From Chiloscyllium plagiosum (Eukaryota): 64,000 nt of DNA. This document shows, one piece after another, positions 53,961 to 64,000 of this stretch. A model generated the notes under the pieces. The model saw nothing but the letters and a program-made list of their open reading frames with translations. It did no database searches and had not been told where the DNA came from. The stretch's first letter is position 1, and the number at the start of each line of letters is the position of its first letter. The stretch spans positions 12,132,924-12,196,923 of the forward strand of contig NC_057718.1 of the NCBI RefSeq assembly GCF_004010195.1. The letters run 5' to 3'. Position numbers and translations under genes: made by a program.

Positions 53961-55310
53961 ATCATGGAGATTATAATTGAACACAGTATTCCAAAAGTGG
54001 CCTAACCAAAGTCTTGTACAGCTGCGACATGACACCTCAACTCCTACATTCAATGTACTGACCAATAAAGGCAAGTGTACCATGTTATGAAGCTGTGGGT
54101 GGACTATACCTTTAAGAGAGTTAAAAGATAGCAGAACTACGTGACAGCACCTAGTGTTCTGACCAAGATAACAACGTAACATGTGGTCCAGCAGCTAGGG
54201 TAGCTGGTTGCCTGGAGACAAAAACAAATTTGTTTTAGGCCAATCAATTTAAATTACATCCCAAAAAAACCTAACTCCAATCCAGTTTGAATTTAGTATA
54301 TTGACAATATTAAAAGCCAATGACACAATCTGATGTTTTGGAGTATAAGACCGGGAAAAATTGGACATTGGGACAGAACTGCCAAAAGACCAACAGATGT
54401 AGGCTACGAGTCAGAACTCTCTGAGAAACACCTGACTAGAGAAGAAATTTACACAAAGAAAACCATCAACACCGACCTGGACAGCAAATCAACAGAGGAA
54501 GATATAAAGAGAAGATTCGACTGCTGGCTGGTTTTGAAATTTGAATTTTACAGTAAATCTTAATTGTGGGGTTTATTGGACCAGTATTGTAAAAGGGAAA
54601 GTAAAAGACAGGTTAGAGGAAGGTGTAGTAAATAGTTGTTAATTAATTATTCTCTGTTATACTTTAAGAAATAAAGTTGTTAATTTTTACGCCAAGTAGT
54701 TCTTGACCTCTTGAACTTTCACAGATTACTGCACGGGATAAATCTTTTCGGTGTTGCTGGTTTAAATTAAGCAAGAGGGTTTTCCCAATGACGTAACAAC
54801 CAAATGCTTTCTTCACCACCCTGTCTACCTGTGACTCCACCTTCCTGCATCCCAAGGTCTCTTTCTTTGGCAACATTACCTAGAAAAGTCTTACCCTGAT
54901 CTGCCTTTCCAAAATGAAACATCTCATCTTTATCTGAATTAAACTCCATCTGCCACTTCTCAGCCTATCAGTCCATCTGAGCAAGGTTCCCGTTGTACTG
55001 AGATAATCTTCTTCACTGCCCACTACACCACCAATTTTAGTGTCATCAGCAAACTTACTAACCATACCTCCTATGTTCACACCCAAATCATTTATATAAA
55101 TGACAAAAACCAGTGAACCCAGCACCAATCCTTGAAGCACACCAATGGTCAAAGCCCTCAAGTCTGAAAAGCACCACCACCCTATGTCTCCTACCTGCAA
55201 GCCAATTTTGCTAGCTCTTCCTGGATCTAACCATTTTACCATACGGAACCTTGTCAAATGCCTTGCCGAAGTCTACATGGACAACGTCCACCGCTCTGCC
55301 TTCATCATCT
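53960..55310 (-). mobile_element. CR1 RT fragment interrupted by a solo LTR
   Basis: GVLQGLVLG and KFADDTK; sequence is continuous across the LTR. Confidence 0.85.
54083..54798 (+). mobile_element. Solo LTR, family A, 716 bp
   Basis: TGTTA...TAACA termini; 4-bp TSD ACCA (54079-54082 and 54799-54802); TATAA near 54343 and AATAAA near 54670. Confidence 0.85.
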
Positions 55311-56769
55311 TTTTTGTTTATGCATTTATGACTCATTTCGGCTGGAATTTTTCCGTCTCTTTCAGAAGCACAGATTGCTTCAGCATAGAAGGAGGCCAGT
55401 TAGCCAATCTCATCCACACCTACTCTCTGAATGACCAATTCATTTTGTGCTAAACCCCTGCTTTATCCCCATTCTCTGCACACTCTCTATTTTCAGATAT
55501 TATGGTTATATGACAAAAGGATAAATAAGACCAAAAAATTAAATTCATCAGTAAAATTAAAATGGAAATAAAAGCCAGTACTGTGTATCTATACTGAAAA
55601 CCAGCATCAAATCATTTCAAATCTGGTGCTGGTTGAAACCAGCAATGCTTCAACCATGCTTTCTCCTCCTATGAAGCGGCTTATCTTACTAACACATGCC
55701 AAAGCCAAGACTTCCTAATACAAGCCAAACTATCAGAGCAGACAATAGCAAAAATATCAATGTCTAAAATATGATGAATGAAAAAATGTGCAGATTTTGA
55801 CAGTGAACATTCAAGTTCTGCTACAGAGGGCCTCAGTTACACAAACTTGGCACTGTTCCAGACACCCAGCTACTATAAAGCTATTTCAATTCCCATTAAA
55901 AACTTTTATATTGCATTTGCTTCTTGTAGTCTTTGATGTTTAGCATAATGCTTTTCCAACAAACTTGCAAAGGTCCTTTCAACACATGGCTTCAGTCGTT
56001 ACTCTTCACAATCTGTGACTGCAATCTATTACCACAACAATCTGCCATATGTTCCATGATATATTCTGTAGCCTTACACATTTTTTCATACAATCAGAGT
56101 ACAATTGAAAGTATCTCCAAAACTTGCCAAAACATTAGTCAATGAGATGAAAATGGAAAAGTATGCATACCTAAAAATCAAAACAGTAAAATAAATTGCT
56201 AAATTGCTTAACCTCCATTTATTTTTGGACTGAATTCATTTTTTGCAAAATTTCTGGCTTCAGGAGTAAATCATTTTCATTTCACCAGAAGAAGTTAATT
56301 GCAATATTAAGAACATATGGGAGAAGGAACTTAATAGAATTAAAATCTATCCCAGTAAGAACAACAAACAAACCATTACAATGTCAGGAGTCTGTTCCAT
56401 CCACCAAGAGATATTCAGTTTGAACATTGATCTAACTACTAGAATATCAGTACAACACATGGGAATGAATTACCATCTTCATAAACATGTTAAATTGACC
56501 ACTCAGTAATTTCACTGGGGCACGTCCAATCAATAATATAGCACAAAACAGGATACAAACACAAAGCAAGACTGCACAAACAAGTGATGTACAATCTAAG
56601 GTCTGCTAATAATAAATGGCTACATTAGGTTCAGACTTTTATTTCTCCAATGCAAGGATTAAATAAATGCCAGTTAAGTACTGTATATTCATAAATATAT
56701 CCATAAATCTGGTTGCAAAGTCATTGACCTTTTACCCTTATATGAAAGAAACAGGGAAAGAGCACATAC

Positions 56770-56852
56770 CTGTTTGTGAGTGTTCAGCTGGCTTACTTCT
56801 CTTCTTCTGTTTCAGATCATAGTTTAAAGGGGAAGTGGGCAGCAAAGATGAT
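56770..56852 (-). CDS. WDR27: WDR27 exon: SSLLPTSPLNYDLKQKKRSKPAEHSQT
   Basis: ttttgtttag acceptor and gtatgt donor; 83 nt, phase 2 to 1; LPTSPL motif. Confidence 0.9.
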
Positions 56853-58465
56853 CTAAACAAAAGATTTGCTGATCAGTACCAACTGCCAAAAAAGTGACTG
56901 ATGGAGCACATATTATCAAAGGATAAAATAATTTATTATTCGTTTTAAAGTATGTAATACATAGTGAAAAGTATAGCCAGGCTAAATAAACTGAAAGGAA
57001 AACAGGGACAAGAAATAAAGTTAATTCAAGATCAACTGGTGTTATGATTTCAGCTGATGATAATATTGGAGTAGTCAGGTCCCAAAGTGTAACCTGGCTT
57101 GATGGATCATAAGATTTACTTTTACAATTTGGTTACTGTGATGTTCAGTGACTGAACATATTCACACAAGGCTGTCAATGTACTTTCAAGAAAAAAACAT
57201 AAATTTATTGCACCAAGAAAACCAAATATATACAATATTTAAGATAATTTGTAAAGATCTTACCAATAGCTGCAAGAAGATTCAACCCTTATTCCTAGCA
57301 ATATCTTTTACAGATACTCAACCCCAATGAGGTATTATTCCTGTCTTAACTTATTAACTTCTTACTGAACTGATGAGATTGTAAGTGCTTCATTTCAAAT
57401 TTCTGTATCATCAGCAGATGTGTTTTTCATTGTTACTCTTTCCCTGAGATACAAAGACAAACTCACTGACCTTTCCTAATTGAGCATTAAGAAAAGCCCT
57501 GTCTACTTGAACTACTAAAGACTCCTTTGACCTCTTTCCAACTCTGATTGCATGGAGACTTCTTCCTAGCCCTGAAGACGACGACAAACTAAACTGTCAT
57601 TCTACTAAGATGAAACTTTTTTTCACAGGTGAAAGCTGCTTATGGCCCTTGACCTGTCTTTCTGCACGAATAGAAGCTTAACTTTATAAACACTTCATCA
57701 ATTAACTTCCCAAGTATCTAACTAGTCTTTTAACTTAAGTCACATGCTTTCTTGGAAATGGTGTTTGAACTCCCAAGACAAAAAAAGTCTCCTTCACAGA
57801 ACTATGTCATTTACCTCAGAATCTACAGTTCCAAATGATAATAACAAGTATGAATTTTGTTACACTGGTTATGCAATACATGACAGATAAGCAAATGGAA
57901 GTAATACAACTGAAGAGATAGGAATAACACAGTTACTTAAAACTTTAAACGCGTTTCCTTCCTTTAATCTTTTTACACTTTCCCATTCTTTCCTGTTCAA
58001 TTTTAACTTGAAGTAAATTTCAATTTCAGTTTTTTTAAGAATTTAATATTCTTGAGGAGGCGGGTCATTTCTTAGCTGCCCGACTAAAAATGTTCAGGCC
58101 ACCCACAGGATCGCTGCAAACAAGCAATGGTGTGGAAGCAGACCATCCTTCCAGAGCACATCCTGGTCTCAAATTCCTAACAGCCTTATAGCAGAAAACG
58201 AGATAGTTCTCTCTTCCTCATTTAGGTGTTTTCATCACAGATAAAAATGGTATACAAAAATGCTAAACTTTTAGTTTTCAGATACTGCTACATTTAAGTT
58301 TTTGTCTTGTTGCGCAATGGCTTGTTTGTTGTTTAGTAATCTACACAAATTACCATAGTGCACTTCACCTAAAATATGAAAAGCGTATTAAGTTATAGCA
58401 TACATAGTGAATGTGTTTAAGTTTTCAAAATCTTTTTCATAATATATAGTGAAGAGCTGTTTTAC

Positions 58466-58590
58466 CTGGCAATGATACTAAGTGGTTCCTCCTCGTTGCT
58501 ATATTGCAGACACATTTTTGCAAGTTCAAGCATATGAACTTCCAGTAAAGCAATATGTTTTCCAAACATGGAAGCGAGGAGACAGAAAAC
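58466..58590 (-). CDS. WDR27: WDR27 exon: VFCLLASMFGKHIALLEVHMLELAKMCLQYSNEEEPLSIIA(R)
   Basis: caacag acceptor and gtaaaa donor; 125 nt, phase 0 to 2. Matches recalled VLCLLASLFGGKIAVLEI. Confidence 0.93.
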
Positions 58591-60378
58591 CTGTTGGAGT
58601 AAAACCAATTGAATTCCAATAAGAGGTACATGTTCAAAAATTGCAGTAAAATGTTTCCTTCTTGAAGTACATTTTATCACATACAAATGTTGAGTATTTC
58701 GATCATCAGAAAAAATACTTTTACAGATTGTGCAATGACTAGGCATAAGTGAAAATCTAATATGCGTGCAAGAACGCCAGCCTAGATTTTTCTGATTTGG
58801 GACTTTCCATCCATCTCAAAGAGATACTTCTAACTGCTCCAGCCTCAGAATCTCTACTATGCTTTCCTGCACACTTTCTAGACTTCCAGAACTGGGAGTC
58901 TAGCCAGAGATTTGCTTCATCGCAATTCAGAGATGAAAAGGCAACATGTTCCTGTTGTGGCAACACAGGCAATTTTTGCACAGGCTTTGTCGTCAGAAAA
59001 GTATGTCACAGCAAGGCTAGATGTCTGGAATTAACAGGCATCCCAATGGTGTTATAGTGTGAAATGTAGGAAATGTGACATCTGAAATAACTAATTGTCC
59101 TGACATAACTACATTGGAAAACCTCTCTCTCATTACTTTTAAAACAGTCAGTAATTCAACATGCGTAAAAAAAGTCAGGCTAAAATACTCATTCATGATG
59201 AAATGTCTATCTGTGATAACTAAATCAATGATAGTCAAATGTTAATAATTTTTATTTTCATATTTGTACACATACATCTGTCACATTGTCAAACCAGTTT
59301 TAAAACAGCATTGCTACATAATAAACTTGGTGTGAGGTATATTAAGTCTTAAACTAGCCTTTCTTCCCATGTTCCAAAATCTTTCTTCAGGAGGATACAA
59401 TGATCCAGCAAACAGGAATTTTACTGAAGCGAATTCCTCCAACTGATGCAAGAAATCACCATTCTCTATAATATACAAGAACACACAAAATCTGGTCTCT
59501 GGGATAATCCAAAGATGAAGAACCATTCCTGGTATGCTTGATTAAAGTTTATTTTCAGTGTATCTTTTAGGCTTGTGTATATATGATTTTGACTGACACA
59601 CTTGTACAAATACTGCCCAAAAATATATGTATTTTTGTCTTTTTTTAAGGATAGTACACTGGCTCAAATATTTATGAAGTCAAAACAACTCCAGAGCCTT
59701 AAAAAAAGCGCTGACTAAATTGGTGTGAATTCACAGTCAAGCTAATAAAAGCACTTAGCAAAAGGTTCTGTGAACTGAAATTAATTGCTGGCTTTGCTTC
59801 ATTTGTATCTTTAAGTAGTTATAATACCTTGTTCTGGTGTGATCAGCTATGTCAAAATCTGAATATTTATTTGGACAAAATTAAGAAACAAAGTGTTTGA
59901 AGCCTCTGTAATTGATGGTTGATATGATTGACCCTTTAAATGCTGCACTTTTTTAAAGAAGATTTATGAATGGATGTTCTTTATCAGCAATTCCAAACTT
60001 GTCATTGTTGTTAAATGGTTCATTGCTTTTGTATATAGTGCATACTGAATGAATGGGAACACAATGCATGAATTGCCAAGGGCGGCATGAAGAATGACAT
60101 GAAAAGGCTGGGGACACGGGTTAGTATGGGCAATAGGAGGAGCCTTAGGGACTAGTTGTGAGGGGTGCATGAGTCGGCATGGAGAATATAACAGGCCATG
60201 GGGGATTGATTGGAGGCTGTGAGTTGGCATGCAAGAGGAGGATTATGGTGAAGTTTGAGTCCCCAGCAGACAGCATTACGACACTGATACATAATTTATA
60301 TGGTAAATATGGCATATACAATATTAAAATAATATATATTATTCATTATTAGAGAGATTTCTAAGTATTTTCTCTTGC

Positions 60379-60443
60379 CTTGTTAGTGTTTCTGCTTCCT
60401 ATTGCATATGAGCCAGCTGTCTGAATGCTTAAACCTAGATGAT
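60379..60443 (-). CDS. WDR27: WDR27 exon: (D)HLGLSIQTAGSYAIGSRNTNK, followed by a GC donor
   Basis: ttatttcag acceptor; 65 nt, phase 1 to 0; donor AAG|gcaaga. Matches recalled WDR27 DFQSLSILLAGSCAL...QK. Confidence 0.85.
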
Positions 60444-60636
60444 CTGAAATAAAACACTTTATGTTATTAATGAGCTGAGATTTTTAAGCATCTTGAATCA
60501 AAAAAAAAGTTGTGAAAGACAACAAATTATTTTGGTAAACCTGGAAATAGTTCAGCACTTAAGTAATTAAAATAGAATCATAATAACTGAGAACTGAATA
60601 GATGATGAAAAAATACACAAAGTATATAAAAGTTAC

Positions 60637-60740
60637 CTTCAAAATGGAGAGCAGCATCAATTTCTCCAGTGGCCAAATTAATATTGAATAAACCATTTAT
60701 AGTCCCTACCCATAGGCTGCTAGAGCTTTCGGGTGTAAAA
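60637..60740 (-). CDS. WDR27: WDR27 exon: FTPESSSSLWVGTINGLFNINLATGEIDAALHFE
   Basis: ttacag acceptor and gtaact donor; 104 nt, phase 2 to 1. Matches recalled WDR27 [25 protein letters not shown]. Confidence 0.92.
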
Positions 60741-61594
60741 CTGTAACAGAAAGCAAACAATTACAAGTAAAAAGTTTAAATGACCAAAAGAAATCAACAA
60801 AATCAAAGAATTGAGTCATGCTACAGAACAGAAAGAAGTGATGCTTGCCTGCGCAGGTCTTTTGAAAGACCAATCTAATTAGTCCCATTTATGAGGACTT
60901 TGCTAAAATGGTGGGTACACATGATTGACATTGTCGAGACCCTGGTGGGAATAGTGCACTGGAAATCAAGCTTCATTATTCCATGAATCATCATAACTTG
61001 AAATATGACCAATTTAATAATTAGGATGGATAATGTCTGACTGTGACCACAAACTCTGATAAAGCCAAGTACAAAACTGTATTTATTATAATAAACTTGT
61101 TCTCTAATATGAGAGAAACAGATTATCAATCATTCACGCAAACTTAAATTATCCCCCTCAAAAGGCATAAAGTCTGTGGATTAAAGTCCAGAACAAAAGG
61201 GCGGAATGAGGTGACTTTCCTCACAGTTAATTTTTTGTTTTTTGGCAATGAAGTCATGTTGTTGCTGACTGGAACAATCCCCAATTCAGCAGTCAGTCAG
61301 ATGGATCAAGGCCTTGGCTTGAATTAGATGGTTTTTCTTCCTTCCTGCAAAGCTTTTCATTGTTATTTCTGTTTCAGTTAAGTGTTTTGGAGGTCAATGC
61401 CTCAACTCATCTCTCTTCTAATAATTTTCCAATTTATTCCCAATGTTCAAACATTTTATTTTATACTGCACTGAAGCAGGAATGTTGGAAATGTAGCGGT
61501 TTGTAGCTACTTTGTCAATGTTACTGAAAAATAGGCAAGGGTTGACATGTTTGCAAACCACTAATTTGTTTAAATCATCTATCATTATGAGGAA

Positions 61595-61900
61595 TTAGAA
61601 TCATAGAATCTCTACAGTATGGAAGCAGACCATTCGGCTCATCATGTCCATACTGACTGTCCAAAGAACATCCCAACCCCTACCCTATCCTTGCAACACC
61701 GTATTTTCTACAGCTAATCAACCACACATTCCTGGACACTATGGGCAATTTAGCACATCTTTGGAATTTTGGTTGGTACCGGAGCACCTGGAGGACACCC
61801 ATGCCGACACAGGGAGAACGTACAACAGACAGTTGCCCGAGGATGGAATCAAACCCAAGTCCCTGGTGCTGTGAAATAGCAGTGAGCCACCCTGCTGCCC
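61595..61900 (-). mobile_element. V-SINE (HE1-like), diverged
   Basis: Homologous to 38877-39200. Confidence 0.78.
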
Positions 61901-62624
61901 CAAACCAAATAAACAATGTCTCACAAATATCATCCTTTGTCACTCTTAGTAATCTGGACTAGATACTCTATCATAGCCAGTCAGAATATACAGAGACTAA
62001 TGTCATACAGAACATCCATCGGTTGCTTGGCAATTGTGGATAAATGGAATTGCAGATGCTGGTACAATTAGATCTGAATATTTTGTATCAAACAATGCAC
62101 AGGGAGGTAAATGTGGTTATCTGACAGACTTGGGAGTGCAAGGTTAGACTGCTATCCCTCGGTGCAGCAATGTCCCACTCTCTGGATCTGCTGCCAAAAC
62201 GCTATGAGTTCCAAGAACACCAAAGCTTGGTAGTGAACACTGCCAGGACTGCAACAGTCCCAAGAAGAAAGCCGAATGGAACCCAGAACCTGGGCAAGAC
62301 AGAACAGCATTAGGACAAAGGGTTTGGCCACCTTATGGAGGGGCACAACGGACTAGAAAGATGGGTTTTAAAGTCCATGCAAGGAGAAAGGATGAAGAGA
62401 TACAAATTTCCAGGAGCTGTCGCAATGCACACAGGGCACCCTCTGAAGACTGCACCCACTCTCCTTTTCCATACTTCTTAAAATTTGGGCTACCAGCTCA
62501 CCTGCCGATGCTAACAGTATTATGGTGGGGGCAGGGTAATATTGGGGTCAATTAAGTTTTTACACAAACTCAATACTTTCTTTTTTAAACCAGCATCTAT
62601 TAGCAAATGAGTGAAAATACATAC

Positions 62625-62793
62625 CTTGAATCCTTTTTCAGTAAACTATTTAATAAATATTCACAATGAGACATTCTGAGGATTGGAAGTTCAATGCATG
62701 CACGTGGTCCATTTTCCAAATTATTACCATTAAGGTAGGATGAAGAATAGTGAAGATTCTTGCAATTCCTGAGGCTGTTAATACTCTCAACAT
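62625..62793 (-). CDS. WDR27: WDR27 internal exon (1 of 11 in window): (D)VESINSLRNCKNLHYSSSYLNGNNLENGPRACIELPILRMSHCEYLLNSLLKKDS(S)
   Basis: tttatag acceptor and gtatgt donor; 169 nt, phase 1 to 2; in frame with the next exon. IELPILRM resembles recalled mammalian WDR27 VTFPVLRL. Confidence 0.8.
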
Positions 62794-63057
62794 CTATAAA
62801 TTTAAATAAAATTAACAAAAGGGATAAAATGTGAATATGGAAATTAGAAATGAAAACTATTAATTCTAATGCTACAATAATGGTTGTGCAGTATAACACA
62901 ACATAGAAATGTGAAAAACCTTTTTTTTAGCTAATTATTTAGCAGTGGAGCCTACTATATTTCCAGCTTTGGTCATGCATACGTTAATGTATCTCAAAGA
63001 GAGAATCTCTGCCCAGTAAAATGTACATGTTCATTCTCTGAATATATCTTAACCAGA

Positions 63058-63320
63058 AGGGACACTGTGGTATAATCGTAATGTCATTGGAATAGATTCT
63101 GAGGTTAATGCTCCAGTTAGTAGAATTTAAATTCAGTTAGTAAAAATCTGAAAATGAAAGCTAGTCTTGTGAAACAATTATTGAGTGTCATAAAAACTGA
63201 TCTGGTTCACAAATGGTAAGGAGATCTGCTTGCCTAGTCTGTGATTTCAAACCTGCAACAATGGTTCACTACTAACAGCATCTGAAATGCCCGAGCAAAC
63301 CAGTCACTTCAAGGGCAATT
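63058..63320 (+). mobile_element. Short copy of the tRNA-headed family
   Basis: Resembles 40940-41260 and 14400-14600; ends aagggcaatta at the CR1 insertion. Confidence 0.5.
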
Positions 63321-64000
63321 ATAAGACCATAAGACATAGGAGTGGAAGTAAAGCCATTCAGACCATCAAGTCCACTCCGCCATTCAACCATGGCTGATGG
63401 GCACTTCAACTCCACTTAGCCGCACTCTCCCTGTAGCCCTTAATTCCTTGTGAGATCAAGAATTTATCCATCTCTGCCTTGAAGACATTCAACGGCCCAG
63501 CCTCCAGTGCGTTCCGTGGCAATGAATTCCAAAGGCCCACCATTCTCTGGCTGAAGAAATGTCTCCTCATTTCCATTCTAAATTGACCCTCTCTAATTCT
63601 AAGGCCCAGAGGTCCTAGTCTCCCCGCCTAATGGAAACAACTTCCCAGCATCCACCCTTTCTAAGCCATGCATTATCTTGTAAGTTTCTATTAGATCTCC
63701 CCTTAACCTTCTAAACTCTAATGAATACAATCCCAGGATCCTTAGCCGATCATCGTATGTTAGGCCTACCATTCCAGGGATCATCCATGTGAATCTCCGC
63801 TGGATACGCTCCAGTGCCAGAATGTCCTCGCTGAGGTGACCGGGGGGGGGAACCAACACTGGACACTGTATTCTAAATGGGGCCTAACTAGAGCTTTATA
63901 AAGTCTCAGTAGTACATCACTACTTTTACATTACAACCTTCTTGAGATAATTAAAACATTACATTTGCTTTCTTAACCACGGACTCAACCTGCAATTCAA
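63321..64000 (-). mobile_element. CR1 3' end, running off the window
   Basis: ALERIQRRFT and RRLRGDLIETYKIM motifs; (cttatggt)-type tail. Confidence 0.9.

Noticed and set aside
57088..57864. Possible old solo LTR (TGTAAC...GTTACA)
   Set aside because: No TSD and no second copy in the window.
59314..59526. ORF containing EFASVKFLFAGS as a candidate WDR27 exon
   Set aside because: No phase-compatible acceptor; 60379-60443 fits better in both sequence and phase.

Overview
Vertebrate genomic DNA, most likely from a cartilaginous fish such as a shark (inferred from the repeat families). The window lies inside a minus-strand gene that I identify as WDR27. Eleven internal coding exons (62793 down to 13812; 1153 nt) splice into one open frame, and one intron needs a GC donor. 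The first and last exons lie outside the window. The introns are dense with retroelements: many CR1 LINE fragments (one near full length), Rex1/Babar-type and tRNA-headed LINEs, V-SINEs, LTRs, and at least four families of Penelope-like elements (PLEs) whose terminal repeats carry minimal hammerhead-ribozyme motifs. An ~8.4 kb minisatellite with a 26-bp unit fills much of the largest intron and explains the many repetitive ORFs. Most notable: tandem and inverted hammerhead-bearing PLE insertions with target-site duplications (TSDs), a GC-AG intron, a tail-to-tail LTR pair, a U6 fragment abutting a SINE head, and a TGCRCNC (metal-response-element core) motif in most minisatellite units. There are three assembly gaps. 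All family assignments come from recognising motifs by eye; no database search was run.
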